NCBI RefSeq assembly: GCF_001194135.2
Contig: NC_068982.1
Coordinates: 128,351,307-128,415,306, forward strand
Length of the DNA stretch: 64,000 nucleotides
Source: Octopus bimaculoides
Lineage: Eukaryota
Direction of reading: 5' to 3'
The position numbers and the translations under genes are program-made. Of the stretch, positions 1 through 12,007 are shown piece after piece; the first letter of the stretch is position 1; the number at the start of each line of letters is the position of its first letter. A model generated the notes under the pieces. The model saw only the letters and a list, made by a program, of their open reading frames with translations, was not told where the DNA came from and did no database searches.

Positions 1-212
1 GGCACATAAAAGACACCATTTCGAGCGTGGCCGTTTTCGTGCGGGTGACACATAAAAGCACCCACTACACTCTCTGAGTGGTTGGCGTTAGGAAGGGCAT
101 CCAGCTGTAGAAACTCTGCCAAATTAGACTGGAGCCTGGTGTTACCATCCGGTTTCACCAGTCCTCAGTCAAATCGTCCAACCCATGCTATCATGGAAAG
201 CGGACGTTAAAC

Positions 213-244
<32 letters not shown>

Positions 245-245
245 C
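1..245 (+). mobile_element. 5'-truncated RTE-type LINE 3' end with (GAT)n tail
   Basis: GTGGTTGGCGTTAGGAAGGGCATCCAGCTGTAGAAAC...CCAACCCATGCTA.CATGGAAAGCGGACGTTAAAC(GAT)n. The same sequence recurs about 20 times in the window in both orientations (e.g. 12918, 17776, 31815-, 34605, 39826, 44593-, 62400-). The long copy at 53100-53865 links it to an ORF end. Confidence 0.8.
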
Positions 246-567
246 TCTTTCACTCATCCCATATGATTTTTTATAAGAAATATAAGAACTTTGAATAAAT
301 GTGTCTGTGTGATTAAGAAGCTTCCTCCCCTATCTGTGTAATTAAGAAGTTTCCTCCCCAATCTTGGATTCAGTCCCACTGAGTGACACTTTGGGCAAGC
401 ATCTTTTGCTCTAGTCCTGGACAGATCAAAGCTTTGTTTTCTAATTTGGAAAACAGAAACTGAAAGAAGCCTATTGTGTGTATGTGTGTATGTGTATATG
501 TATGTATGTGTATATACACCTTTCTTCATCTTTTGTTTTTCTATAAATTTCAACTATATATATATAT

Positions 568-803
568 ATTACAATTAAAAAGGGTAAAGGATTATCAATT
601 TATTAATTTATTAATAAATTAATAATTAATAATTTTTACCAAGCCCTTCGGTGTGTAAGCACCATTATCGGTGTGGAACTTATTTAAAAGTTCTTATACA
701 TTTATAAACAAAATTACCATGTGCGGGCTTGGTAAAAATTATTAATTATTAATTTATTAATAAATTAATAAATTGATAATTCTTTACCCTTTTTAATTGT
801 AAT
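568..803. repeat. 79-bp near-perfect inverted repeat with 78-bp spacer
   Basis: 568-646 is the reverse complement of 725-803 with one mismatch. Preceded by (TA)n. Confidence 0.95.
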
Positions 804-998
804 AATTATTCACTCTCGGATAGTAAACCACAGATTTTCTGCGGTACCGCATGCAACGCACATGGTAATTCTTGAGGGAAGATGATGGGCTGGCTTGCCT
901 ATATGGATTTGGAGATACTTTCAAAATGTGTCGATTGCTATGATGGCGCTAGATCATGCATGCACATTTGCCAGTATCGTCGAATTTACAACAGGAAT

Positions 999-1057
999 AT
1001 CATACTGATGAGGTAATGAAGAGTTTTTTCCTTCTAAACCAGAAACATGTATATGAT
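999..1057 (+). ncRNA. Minimal type I hammerhead ribozyme motif
   Basis: ATCATA-CTGATGA-GGT..GAAG..CTTC..ACC-A-GAAA-C-AT-G-TA-TATGAT: 6-bp helix I, intact CUGAUGA and GAAA core, palindromic ACATGT helix III, GUA cleavage triplet. Confidence 0.7.
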
Positions 1058-2631
1058 TAACTATGGCTAGTTTAGTTCGTTATTTTTCTTCTTGTTTTGC
1101 CTATGTGAGTTGCGGGTAACTGCTATCTGTTGGAGTTTCAGCATTTTTAGCTGCTATTTCTGAACTTCGGTATGTGGTGAAGCAACCTGTTGCTGATCCC
1201 TTAATTTTGTTTATAAATATATATATATATATGTATGTCTGTATGTATGTATGTCTCTCTCTCTCTCTCTCTNNNNNNNNNNNNNNNNNNNNNNNNNNNN
1301 NNNNNNNNNNNNNNNNNNNNNNNNNNNNNNNNNNNNNNNNNNNNNNNNNNNNNNNNNNNNNNNNNNNNNNNNNNNNNNNNNNNNNNNNNNNNNNNNNNNN
1401 NNNNNNNNNNNNNNNNNNNNNNNNNNNNNNNNNNNNNNNNNNNNNNNNNNNNNNNNNNNNNNNNNNNNNNNNNNNNNNNNNNNNNNNNNNNNNNNNNNNN
1501 NNNNNNNNNNNNNNNNNNNNNNNNNNNNNNNNNNNNNNNNNNNNNNNNNNNNNNNNNNNNNNNNNNNNNNNNNNNNNNNNNNNNNNNNNNNNNNNNNNNN
1601 NNNNNNNNNNNNNNNNNNNNNNNNNNNNNNNNNNNNNNNNNNNNNNNNNNNNNNNNNNNNNNNNNNNNNNNNNNNNNNNNNNNNNNNNNNNNNNNNNNNN
1701 NNNNNNNNNNNNNNNNNNNNNNNNNNNNNNNNNNNNNNNNNNNNNNNNNNNNNNNNNNNNNNNNNNNNNNNNNNNNNNNNNNNNNNNNNNNNNNNNNNNN
1801 NNNNNNNNNNNNNNNNNNNNNNNNNNNNNNNNNNNNNNNNNNNNNNNNNNNNNNNNNNNNNNNNNNNNNNNNNNNNNNNNNNNNNNNNNNNNNNNNNNNN
1901 NNNNNNNNNNNNNNNNNNNNNNNNNNNNNNNNNNNNNNNNNNNNNNNNNNNNNNNNNNNNNNNNNNNNNNNNNNNNNNNNNNNNNNNNNNNNNNNNNNNN
2001 NNNNNNNNNNNNNNNNNNNNNNNNNNNNNNNNNNNNNNNNNNNNNNNNNNNNNNNNNNNNNNNNNTATATATATACATATATATATATATCATCATCATC
2101 ACCATCATTTAATGCCTTATTTTCAATGCTGGTATAGGGTGAGCAGTTCAATATAAGCTGATGAGTAAGAGGACTGTGTCAAGCTCCAATGTCTGATTTG
2201 GCTTCTACTGCTGGATACTCTTCCTAATGCCAGCCACTTTACAGAGAGTACTAAATGTTTTTTTCATGGCATCAGCACTGGTGAGGTCACCAAGTACTAG
2301 GAAGACATTATTTGGTATTTAAATCAATCTCGTTATAAATTTTAAGTGTAATAAAACAAAATTGAAAATTGGTTTTTGGTAATAATTCAAATGGTGGTCT
2401 ACTTGACAAGGAAATAAATTCAGTTTGGAAACTATGACACAGTCACTCATCTTGCTAACATAGCATCAGTGTCTTCTTTAAAACTACTAAGTGGAATACA
2501 CTGAATCATGTAGTCCTAGATAGTCTTAGGAAGTTAGGTTAGTCATAGCTAGAATAATTTTGATCAATAAGGATTGACCTAGTGCTGAAACATCCAGTCC
2601 CACTTTTTGCTCAATTTTTAGTCCTAAGAAA

Positions 2632-2788
2632 TCTATATATATATAAAAATGAGAATGTATGTCTGTGTGTCTGTGTGCTTCCATAAAACTCGAGAACTAC
2701 ACAACCAATTTCATTCAAATTTTATACATGCCTTACTTAGGGTCCCAGTTGTGTTTTAGTCAAAAAAAATTTTTAACATCTCTGCTAG
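2632..2788 (+). mobile_element. Short non-autonomous Helitron-like element
   Basis: Starts A|TCTATATATATATAAAAATGAG followed by TGTC microsatellite, ends CTGCTAG|T (TC...CTAG inserted between A and T). No clear subterminal hairpin. Confidence 0.5.
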
Positions 2789-2904
2789 TTTCTTATAAAA
2801 TTTCAGTAGAAAATGTAAATGTATTCAAAAGTATTTTGAAGTATTTTTGGATTCAGTAGTTATTCATATTTAATGAAAAGCTGTTTTCAATTTAATCTCT
2901 TTCT

Positions 2905-2982
<78 letters not shown>

Positions 2983-4013
2983 TCTCTTTCTCTCTGTCTC
3001 TCTTAGTTTTACATGAACTAATGTTGTAAATAAGACTAGCAAAGATTAAGAATTGGAGACTTGAAAAAATTGATATCATTACACTTTGACAAATATTTAA
3101 ACGTTCAGAGTTTGTAAGAAATATCAAAACTGAACCATTTATAAAATAGTGTATGAGAGAGTATGTATTACAAGGGAAATGTGTCTGGCATAAATCAACA
3201 CTATTTGTTGATATAAAGTAAGTGAAAACAACTTCATCCACTCATGACTAAATATTTCAAGGAAACTATTTGGAAAGTCTTGGAATGCCACCTCTAGTTA
3301 TTTAGAAATAGTATAGGATTTGCCAATGTCTCACAAAGAATACACAAAACGAAGATCAGATGACCAGTTTAGTTATTTTAAGTGCTATTTACTTCAGACA
3401 AAACTTTCAGCTCGTTAGTTGAAAGAATTTTGTTGAAAATAAATAAATAAATAAATGTTGTAATGTTTCAGATCTTAGCTTTAAGATTAAAAATGAGGAA
3501 ATAATGATAGAATTTCTACTATATTCCATATAGGGCTCTTACAATGTAACCTTATCTGTTCCTTTCCAGACATGCTTCTTGTATTATTAACTGTTTAGAA
3601 TTCTGGAGTTTGTGCATAATTTAAAGTTTTAGGCTAGTTTCTTTGAAAATATCTACTGCTTCCTTCCCACTTCCAAATATAAATCTTTTCTGAATGAATT
3701 TGCCTTCCTTTCTCCTTCTGGCGTTCATTAAATAAATATTACTAAAGTAGCAGGGGTTGAATTCAATTAAATTTTCCACACCCATTCAAAACCTGGTCTC
3801 TTACTCAGTCAGAAAGAATTATAGTAATTTTTTTTTTTTTTTTTTGTTATTTCAAATGATTCTGTTATATTTTCATCAAAACTATTTTTGTAGAAAATAA
3901 TTTTGTCTCCATGCATTAAGGCATATCTTGATGTAATCCACGGTTGTATAAAGTCTTTAATGTAATCCAGATGTAAGAATAATGTTAGTAAAGTACCCTG
4001 CTTAAGAATACAG

Positions 4014-4088
4014 AGTGTTATAAGGGCGAATATCCGAAATATGAAGAAGCTAGTGAGAGTGGTTCAAGTAGTGTCGTTAGAACATCAG
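4014..4088 (+). CDS. Candidate isolated 75-nt coding exon (CYKGEYPKYEEASESGSSSVVRTS)
   Basis: tacag| acceptor (weak), CAG|gtaaga donor (strong), symmetric phase-1 open frame, non-repetitive, retains CpGs. No homolog recognised. Confidence 0.25.
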
Positions 4089-4439
4089 GTAAGAATAAAT
4101 ATACATGCAGTGCTCCAGCATGACCGCAGTTAAATAACCGAAACAAGTAAAAGTAAAAAATAAAAGAAGAAAAACTAGCCAAGGTTGCACAAGTGCTCAA
4201 TATGCAGAAACAATTTTTTGCAAGTATATTTATGCTGAGTCTGAGCTCTGAGTTCAAATCTGACCAAAGCCGACTGTGTCTTTTATCTCTTCAGGGTTTA
4301 TAAATAAAGTGCCAGTCAAGTACTGGGGTTGAACTTTCTTCTTTCTCCTTCATTTGGATACATCAAGGGTCAAAGAAAGTAGCATTCAGATCATAGCCTA
4401 GCAGCCTTTCCATAACTACACTTTGAACACAAGATATTA

Positions 4440-4855
4440 TTTTTTTATTTTACTTGTTTCAGTCATTTGACTGCGGCCATGCTGGAGCACCACCTTTAGT
4501 CGAGCAAATCGACCCTAGGACTTATTTGTTTAAGCCTAGTACTTATTCTATCGGTCTCTTTTGCCGAACCACTAAGTTACGGGGACGTAAACGCACCAGC
4601 ATCAGTTGTCAAGCGATGTTGTGGGGGGGGGGGGGGATAAACACAGACACACAAACACACACATATATACATATACATATACATATATACGACGGTCTTC
4701 TTTCAGTTTCCGTCTACCAAATCTACTCACAAGGCTTTGGTCAGCCCGAGGCTATAGTAGAAGACACTTGCCCAAAGTGCCACGCAGTGGGACTGAACCC
4801 GGAACCATGTGGTTGGTAAGCAAGCTACTTACCACACAGCCACTCCTGCGCCTTG
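4440..4855 (-). mobile_element. Full-length tRNA-derived octopus-type SINE
   Basis: Minus strand has an A-box-like GTGGCTGTGTGGTAAG and B-box-like GGTTCAGTCCC head, internal (TG/TA)n, and GGTGCTCCAGCATGGCCGCAGTCAAATGACTGAAACAAGTAAAA tail. Other copies at ~335-520, 5290-5480, 8285-8540, 32060-32445, 42548-42972, 45895-46262, 47110-47280, 47983-48150, 62860-63045. Confidence 0.85.
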
Positions 4856-4857
4856 GT

Positions 4858-5183
4858 CATTTTTTTTTTTTTGCCAAATAAACACACACACTATATATTT
4901 TTTCATCACTTGTTTATTACTGTTCTTATCTTATTATTTTAACTTACATCCAGTGTCCAGAAATCTTTCATCACACATCTGTGACCTCTTCAGTGATACT
5001 TTTCGTTTCCGTGTGTGTTCTTGCTCCACTTACTCCTATTCTGTTCTTCAGAATAGGTCACAAATGTGTGACGAAAGATTTCTGGACAATGGACATGAGT
5101 TAAAATAATAAAAATAGAACGGTATTAAACAAGTGAAGGACAAATATATAAGTGCTTGTGTTTATTTGGCAAAAAAAAAAACA
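4858..5183. mobile_element. Foldback element, ~135-bp inverted arms, ~58-bp spacer
   Basis: 4858-4991 matches the reverse complement of 5051-5183 along its length (TTTTTTGCCAAATAAACAC...TGTCCAGAAATCTTTCATCACACATCTGTGACC). Confidence 0.9.
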
Positions 5184-5480
5184 AAAAAAAACATTAACCA
5201 TCCCAAAATACGATATCTGTTTCAACACACAATTTCACATCAGAAACCATGCAACACAAATTGATAATCATAAATTCTTTTATTGTCTTACTTGTTGCAG
5301 CCATGCTGGAGCACTGCCTTTACTTAAAGAAATCGACCCCAGAACTTATTTTTTATAAGCCCCGTACTTATTCTATTGGTCTCTTTTGCGAAATCGCTAA
5401 GTTATGTAGATGTAAACATACCAACACTGGTTGTCAAGCAATGGTGGGGAGAGGGACAGACACACAAATACATACATACA

Positions 5481-5740
5481 TCGCCTGACTGGCCTTCGTA
5501 GGATTTTTGAGCGAGATCGTTGCCAGTGCCCCTGGACTGGCTCTTGTGCGGGTGACACATAAAATACACCATTTTGAGCGTGGCCATTGCCAGTACCACC
5601 TGACTGGCCTTCGTGCGGGTGGCACGTAAAAGCACCCACTACACTCTCTGAGTGGTTGGCGTTAGGAAGGGCATCCAGCTGTAGAAACTCTGCCAAATCA
5701 GACTGGAGGCTGGTGTTGTCATCCGGTTTCACCAGTCCTC
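5481..5740 (+). mobile_element. RTE 3' UTR copy running into an assembly gap
   Basis: Same family as 1-245, including the upstream GAGCGAGATCGTTGCCAGTGCCCCTGGACTGGC unit. Confidence 0.85.
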
Positions 5741-7042
5741 NNNNNNNNNNNNNNNNNNNNNNNNNNNNNNNNNNNNNNNNNNNNNNNNNNNNNNNNNNNN
5801 NNNNNNNNNNNNNNNNNNNNNNNNNNNNNNNNNNNNNNNNNNNNNNNNNNNNNNNNNNNNNNNNNNNNNNNNNNNNNNNNNNNNNNNNNNNNNNNNNNNN
5901 NNNNNNNNNNNNNNNNNNNNNNNNNNNNNNNNNNNNNNNNNNNNNNNNNNNNNNNNNNNNNNNNNNNNNNNNNNNNNNNNNNNNNNNNNNNNNNNNNNNN
6001 NNNNNNNNNNNNNNNNNNNNNNNNNNNNNNNNNNNNNNNNNNNNNNNNNNNNNNNNNNNNNNNNNNNNNNNNNNNNNNNNNNNNNNNNNNNNNNNNNNNN
6101 NNNNNNNNNNNNNNNNNNNNNNNNNNNNNNNNNNNNNNNNNNNNNNNNNNNNNNNNNNNNNNNNNNNNNNNNNNNNNNNNNNNNNNNNNNNNNNNNNNNN
6201 NNNNNNNNNNNNNNNNNNNNNNNNNNNNNNNNNNNNNNNNNNNNNNNNNNNNNNNNNNNNNNNNNNNNNNNNNNNNNNNNNNNNNNNNNNNNNNNNNNNN
6301 NNNNNNNNNNNNNNNNNNNNNNNNNNNNNNNNNNNNNNTCTCTCTCTCTCTCTCTCTTCCTCTCATTCTCTTTCCCTATATGTGAATTTATGTATGTACG
6401 TATGTATGTACGTATGTATGTATGTATCTATCTATCTATCTATCTATCTATAAAACTGAGGCTGTTGTGAATAAAGTCTTGTTTTAAGAAGAAAAATGTT
6501 TTATAACTGTTTGTGTATCTGTGTGATAATTTTTTTTAATTACTAATTATAATCTTTTTTTTTTAAGAAATACTTATGGTTGATAGGATCATTTTCACAA
6601 TCATTAAGCTTGTCAAACAAAATATCTCTTTTACATTCTGAGTTCAAACCTGCTGAAGTCAACGTTGTCTTCTACCCTGCCAGGATTAATAAAATAAAAT
6701 AGCAGCCTAGTACTCAAGTTGCTGTAATGTATTCTAGATGTAAATGAAAGTATAATGGAAGAAGGTTTCATCAGATCAGTAAAAGGAAATACAAAGTTGG
6801 TTGTGAGAAATCTATTAAACAGGACTTCTCCCTGCCATGGGTCCTCTTCTAGAAAGAAAAAAAGAAAGAAAGGAAATAAGAAAGGGAGAGAGGAAGAAAA
6901 ATCAATTTCAGGACCAATCCTGAAAGGATGAAAAATAAAGTTGACCTTGGTGCAATTTGAACTCAGTGCATAGCAAAACCAAATAAATGCCCCAAAGTAT
7001 TCTGTCCAATCCACTAACAACTCTACCCACTCACCACCTTAA

Positions 7043-7253
7043 CCCGCTAGTGTTCAGATTACTCTATCAAATGTAATGCTTATTCATTCAAATTATTTTG
7101 AATTAATCATGCATTATCATGTAGCTTTGAGATTTCAGTATGATTGTTTACTTTTAGAATGATATTGTAGGGCAGTTGTGAGAGGCTAGACCTAACTAGA
7201 ACATAAACAAGTGGAATATTTAGGCCAGATGTGCCCAATTTAAATGCTAAAGG
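7043..7253. mobile_element. piggyBac-type MITE (family 1)
   Basis: TTAA|CCCGCTAG left end and a degenerate ...TGCTAAAGG|ATAA right end. About 210 bp. Confidence 0.5.
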
Positions 7254-8284
7254 ATAAAAACAAGTAGAATGTGTGCCACCCTGGGCAGCCCTTGAGTTTG
7301 CTGTCACTCACCAGGCTCCCAAGCCTAAACAGACTTGTACAGCAGAGCCAAAAAGTGCCATCCCCATAAAAGTGTCAACTGGTAACAACCATTTCTCTCT
7401 CCCCAACTCCAGCTAGGGGTTACTGTAACTAGACCATGTTTTGAAATGAGAAAGCATTAATTAGTAGTTCATTAAGTTGGTAATTAATTTAATTAATAGT
7501 TAATCTAGTTAGTAATTAATCAAAATTTACTACATAGATATGTATTCAGTCATAAGCTGTTTTTCCTCTTCTGTTTTTCCTTATTTACAGCAGACATCAT
7601 TCTACATATTTATATAGATTTATATAAATATATTTCTTCATGTCTAACTGCAAGTATTAAGAATGAAATTTATGTGTTCTGATTATAAATATGTGTTGTA
7701 AAAGGAGAGAGTGTACTGACAGAATCATTTGAGCACTGGAACAAAAATGCTTTGAAGTATTTTTACATTCTGAGTTCAAACCCTACTAAAGGAAAACTTT
7801 GGTTCTCATTTTTTAAGGGTTGATAAGATAAAGTACTGGTCAACTACTGGATTTGTTGGTATTGAGAAATCCTCTACTTTTAAAACTGCCCTTGTGCCTA
7901 AATTAGAAGCCTTTATAAAATAATATTGTTGTGTATTCTGTTCTGAAAAGCATTTGTGTAAACAGTAACACATGTATTGAATCCAATTTACAGTTATGTG
8001 ACATTTGCAATGCCTATTTATAACTGACCCAATGGGATGTTCCTCTATGTAATTGTGCAGCCTATTAGAGATAACAACCAGAGCTCTCTCAAATCACACT
8101 TGATCATCTAAATAAATGGAAAAATAAACATTAGATAATGTGGTCATACCTACCTCAACCAAAATTAAACTAGATGCTCATGGCTTTCATTATAGGCCTG
8201 TTTGACCAATGCTGACTGGGAATTGAGCAACAACAAATATAATGACCATTAAGAATTTTTATTTTTAAAATGAGTTTTCTTTAT

Positions 8285-8540
8285 TAGGTGCAGGAGTGGC
8301 TGTGTGATAAGTAGCTTGCTTACCAACCACATGGTTCCAGGTTCAGTCCCACTGCATGGCACCTTGGGCCAGTGTCTTCTACTATAGCCTCGGGCCGACC
8401 AAAGCCCTGTGAGTGGATTTGGTAAACAGAAACTGAAAGAAGCCTGTCGTATATATATATATATATAAAAGGCGGTGCTCCAGCATGGCTGCAGTCAAAT
8501 GACTGAAACAAGTAAAAGAGTAAAAGAGTAAAAGAGTATA
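8285..8540 (+). mobile_element. tRNA-derived SINE with internal deletion
   Basis: The head and tail match 4440-4855, but the block between the (TA)n and AAAGGCGGTGCTCC is missing. Confidence 0.85.
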
Positions 8541-9824
8541 TATTTAACCTGATATTTTATCTTTATACCACATCACTTTATCTTGTAGTTTTGGCCCCAG
8601 GTTGGCCCTGATGGAGTAGAGCTATGGTCAAAGATGTTTCAGCAGTGACCATCCCATCTTTTATTTCAGACAATCAGTCTAGGACTACATTATCCAATGT
8701 AGCCTTCCTCTCTTTTTGTTTTATGACAGCATGGTTATATAGTATGGTGTAATGTGAAAGTTAGACAATAGGATGTGCTATTTCCAGCAGGTCAAGCCAC
8801 TGGTAACTTTATATTTCTTTTTCTAATATTCCTATCAATCAAAATGATTCTTCCACCTAACTCACTCCATCTATCCATCTGTATTTTTTATGTTTGCTGC
8901 TATTGGTATGATATATAAAAAACAAATTTTAAAAAGCTGCCAACATATGATGGTTCATACCATGTATAATGGCTGATATAACAAAAGATATATGTCTAAT
9001 GTACAAAAAAATAAATGAAATGATATCTATTCTGAAAGTGAATACTTAAAAGAATCTTTTTAGTAAAACAGATGAAGCAAACAAAATATAGACAGAATTA
9101 CAGCAATAAAAACTTGTGTGATAAAACAGAGGATAAACGTTTTCCTAAATGGACAGTTGACTTTGAAAGTTTACTTAGTAAAAGACAATCAAATTAATGT
9201 TTAAATAATAAAGGAAAATAAATTTATGCAATCAGATATCTCAGAAACAAAATGCATTAAGTATACATTTTGCAAAATGAGAATAAATGTAAACATTTTT
9301 TAAAGAAAAACAAAAAACTAATTTAGAAGAGAGAGAAAAGCATATCATAGTTATTAGGAATTAATAATTATTCTTTAATCTGTCAATGGCAACCTCACTG
9401 GTGCTGGTTCCATGATAAAATGCACCCAGCACACTCAGTAAGTGGTTGGCAAATGAACTGAGACAATATAAGAATGAAAGGACCCTTAGTATTGATTAGG
9501 ACATGTCAGTCTCTAGTACTGGTACTAAAATAAAATGCATCCTATATACTCTGAAAAGTGGTTGATGCATGAGTTGAAAGACCATACAGAAGAGAGGAAG
9601 CCTTAGTTTTTATGAAGGACATGAAAAGCTCACTAGTGTAGATGCCACAATAAAATGCATCACATCTTAACTAAAAATAAAAAATAAAGACCAGGTACAT
9701 GAAACAAAACTAAATGGAGAAATTATTATCAAAGTGATGAATACATAGGCCATACTAGTACAAAAGATATTCTGCTCTTTTCTACAATGGACAAAGACAA
9801 AGCTACAGGAATTAGCTAGAACTT

Positions 9825-10221
9825 GTGGTGACATCATTTTGAGGGTCTCCAGCATGCATGCGCAGGGTTGGAATTTTCTGGAAGGCCTGCTGAAAGGTCC
9901 CTGATGCGCATGCGCAGAACACTAGCAGCAGCAGAGTTCTCTTGTATCTCAAACTCGAGACGCAGCAGCTGATCAATGTAGACGTGTCCTCAGCAGCTCT
10001 CTGTTTGCTTCTGCTGCTGACCTGAGATACTTGGTATTTGACCAGCTCCGTGTAGCTGGAGTTCTGTGAAGAATGCCTTCACAAATTAAGATTAACACTG
10101 ACTTTGCTGCTTCCACACCAGACCTGGCTACTGATTGTCCCAAGGTGTAAATCTTGTACATACAAAACTAAAAGGATTGTTTTTGTTTGGATGTTTTCTT
10201 GTTCCGATATTTTTCCTTCTA
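9825..10221. other. GC-richer unique segment, possible solo LTR
   Basis: TGT...ACA ends possible, with GCATGCGCAG and TGCGCATGCGCA motifs. No TSD found, so the boundaries are uncertain. Confidence 0.3.
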
Positions 10222-10589
10222 ACATTTATGTAAGGAAATGTGTGGCATCGTTCCAGTGCCAACTATTTTCCTCTTACAAACTAAAAGACTGCTCACAGTG
10301 CAAAATGCATACCACCCTAAAAGTAATCCTTTCTACTAAAAGCACAAGGCCTGAAAATTCTGGGCAAGGGACTAGTTGATTTTATTTACCCCAGTGTTTC
10401 ATTCGTACTTAATTTATTGACCCTGAAAGGATGAAAGACAAGGTTGACCTCAGTGGAATTTGAACTCAGAATGGAGCAACAGGCAAAATACTGCTAAGCA
10501 TTTTGTACAGCATACAAATGATGTGCCAGCTCACTGCGTTACACCACCCTAAAAATGATATCAATAGCCTTTACTATTAAGAAAGAAAG

Positions 10590-11548
10590 TGGGGAGAATC
10601 TTGTTAAATGCAGAAGAGACTATTAGTACTGCACTTTTGTGTTTACAAAACTATGTAGCATAGCGAAAAATGAATACTATCTGAGGTTAGAAATATACAA
10701 GTTACTGAAACAGACAGAGAATTCAAGAACACAAGAAAGGACAACAGGGCAAATAGCTAGAAAGAGAAGAAATCTTATGGTCAGTTCATACAACAAACCA
10801 AAAGTATTGTAAGTATAGAATAATGGTTTTGGCTGGCAGCTGGAAAACTGAAATAAGAAACTGGAATATTATTTATAGCTGCTCAGAAACAAGCCATTAG
10901 AATGAATTTTATGAATACAAACACTGATAAAAAAAACTCAGTGAACAATGGAGAGTCTGTAAAAACAGAAATATAGCCCAGAAAGAGTAATATAGACACA
11001 AGCAAGACTGTACTGGCAAAAGAGTGAGTTGGAATGTTAGCCAATAGTGTGGATTCGAAGAGACAGAAAAATAACATAAACAAACAAGCCAGAAGATGGT
11101 GAATAATAATTACAGGATTTTATGGGATTTCTCCATAGAGACTGATCACACAATTGAAGCAAGGAAACCAGACATAATTGGAGAGGACATAAACAAACCA
11201 GTATAAGATCATAAACTTTACAATATCATATGATAATAAAGTAGATATCAAAGAAATTGAGGAAACTGAGAAATATCAGAACCTAGCCAGTGTGATGAAG
11301 AGGCAATGGAAAACAAAGGTGATAATTATTCATATGGGAATTGGTGCATTCAGCACAACAACCAAACTGTTACCTAATAAGCTGAAGGATACTGGAAATG
11401 AGACTTGCATTGTTGTGTGCAGAAAAGTGCTATTGTATATTCTGCAAGAATCCTAAAAAAAAGATTCTTGAGATTTGAGGAAACATATTGTCATCAAACC
11501 TCAAGACAATATCCCTGCTAACTAAAGTAACATGTAATATCTTTATCC

Positions 11549-11550
<2 letters not shown>
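10590..11550 (+). mobile_element. R4/Dong-like non-LTR retrotransposon 3' fragment (REL endonuclease), degenerate
   Basis: Manual translation gives GQF...W.WL..GKLK.ET..IIAAQ.QA, RILWDFSIETDHTIEARKPDII, EKYQNLA..MKRQWK, SARIL. Ends in a (TAA)n tract. Confidence 0.8.
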
Positions 11551-11614
<64 letters not shown>

Positions 11615-11645
11615 TGATGATAATAATAATAATAATAATGATAAT
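11548..11645. repeat. (TAA)n/(GAT)n microsatellite
   Basis: Direct reading. Confidence 0.95.
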
Positions 11646-12005
11646 CATGATGGCCCCAGAAAATAACAAAGCAACATGCTCTGGGATGTGCCAATACACA
11701 CAGCTAGAGAAATCAAGGCTAACTAGCCAGATATTGTTGTCAAGGACCACTAAGTAAAAGATACCTTTTGTTCAACATATCAGTCTCAATAGGTGACAAT
11801 ATATCTCTAAAACAAATGGGAAACTCTTGAAACTCCCAAATGTGGAGCTTAAATATGGAAGCAATAATAAAAAGTGCTTAAGTTATGTTCAAAAAACTTA
11901 CAAATTCAGAATTAAAAACACCAGGACTAATAAATATATATTCAAAATGCTGAAAATAGCACTGCTAGGCATTGCACACATCATATGTAGAGTACTTGAC
12001 TGCAT
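11646..12005 (+). mobile_element. Second R4/Dong-like 3' fragment (different subfamily)
   Basis: ENNKAT.LWD.PIHT.REIKAN.PDIVVKDH and KIALLGIAHII.RVL, with frameshifts. Confidence 0.75.
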
Positions 12006-12007
12006 TC

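Noticed and set aside
1101-2156. Long ORFs (300-430 aa) here and at 5587-6453, 14127-15425, 18520-19340, 22590-23537, 63195-63706
   Set aside because: They are open only because they span N-gaps and flanking microsatellites.
2980-3960. Possible additional Helitron or transposase remnants
   Set aside because: Only vague peptide resemblance (e.g. GNYLESLGMPP). Not enough to call without a search.
4790-4855. tRNA gene call for SINE heads
   Set aside because: A/B-box-like motifs are present but continue into SINE body with no cloverleaf or terminator.
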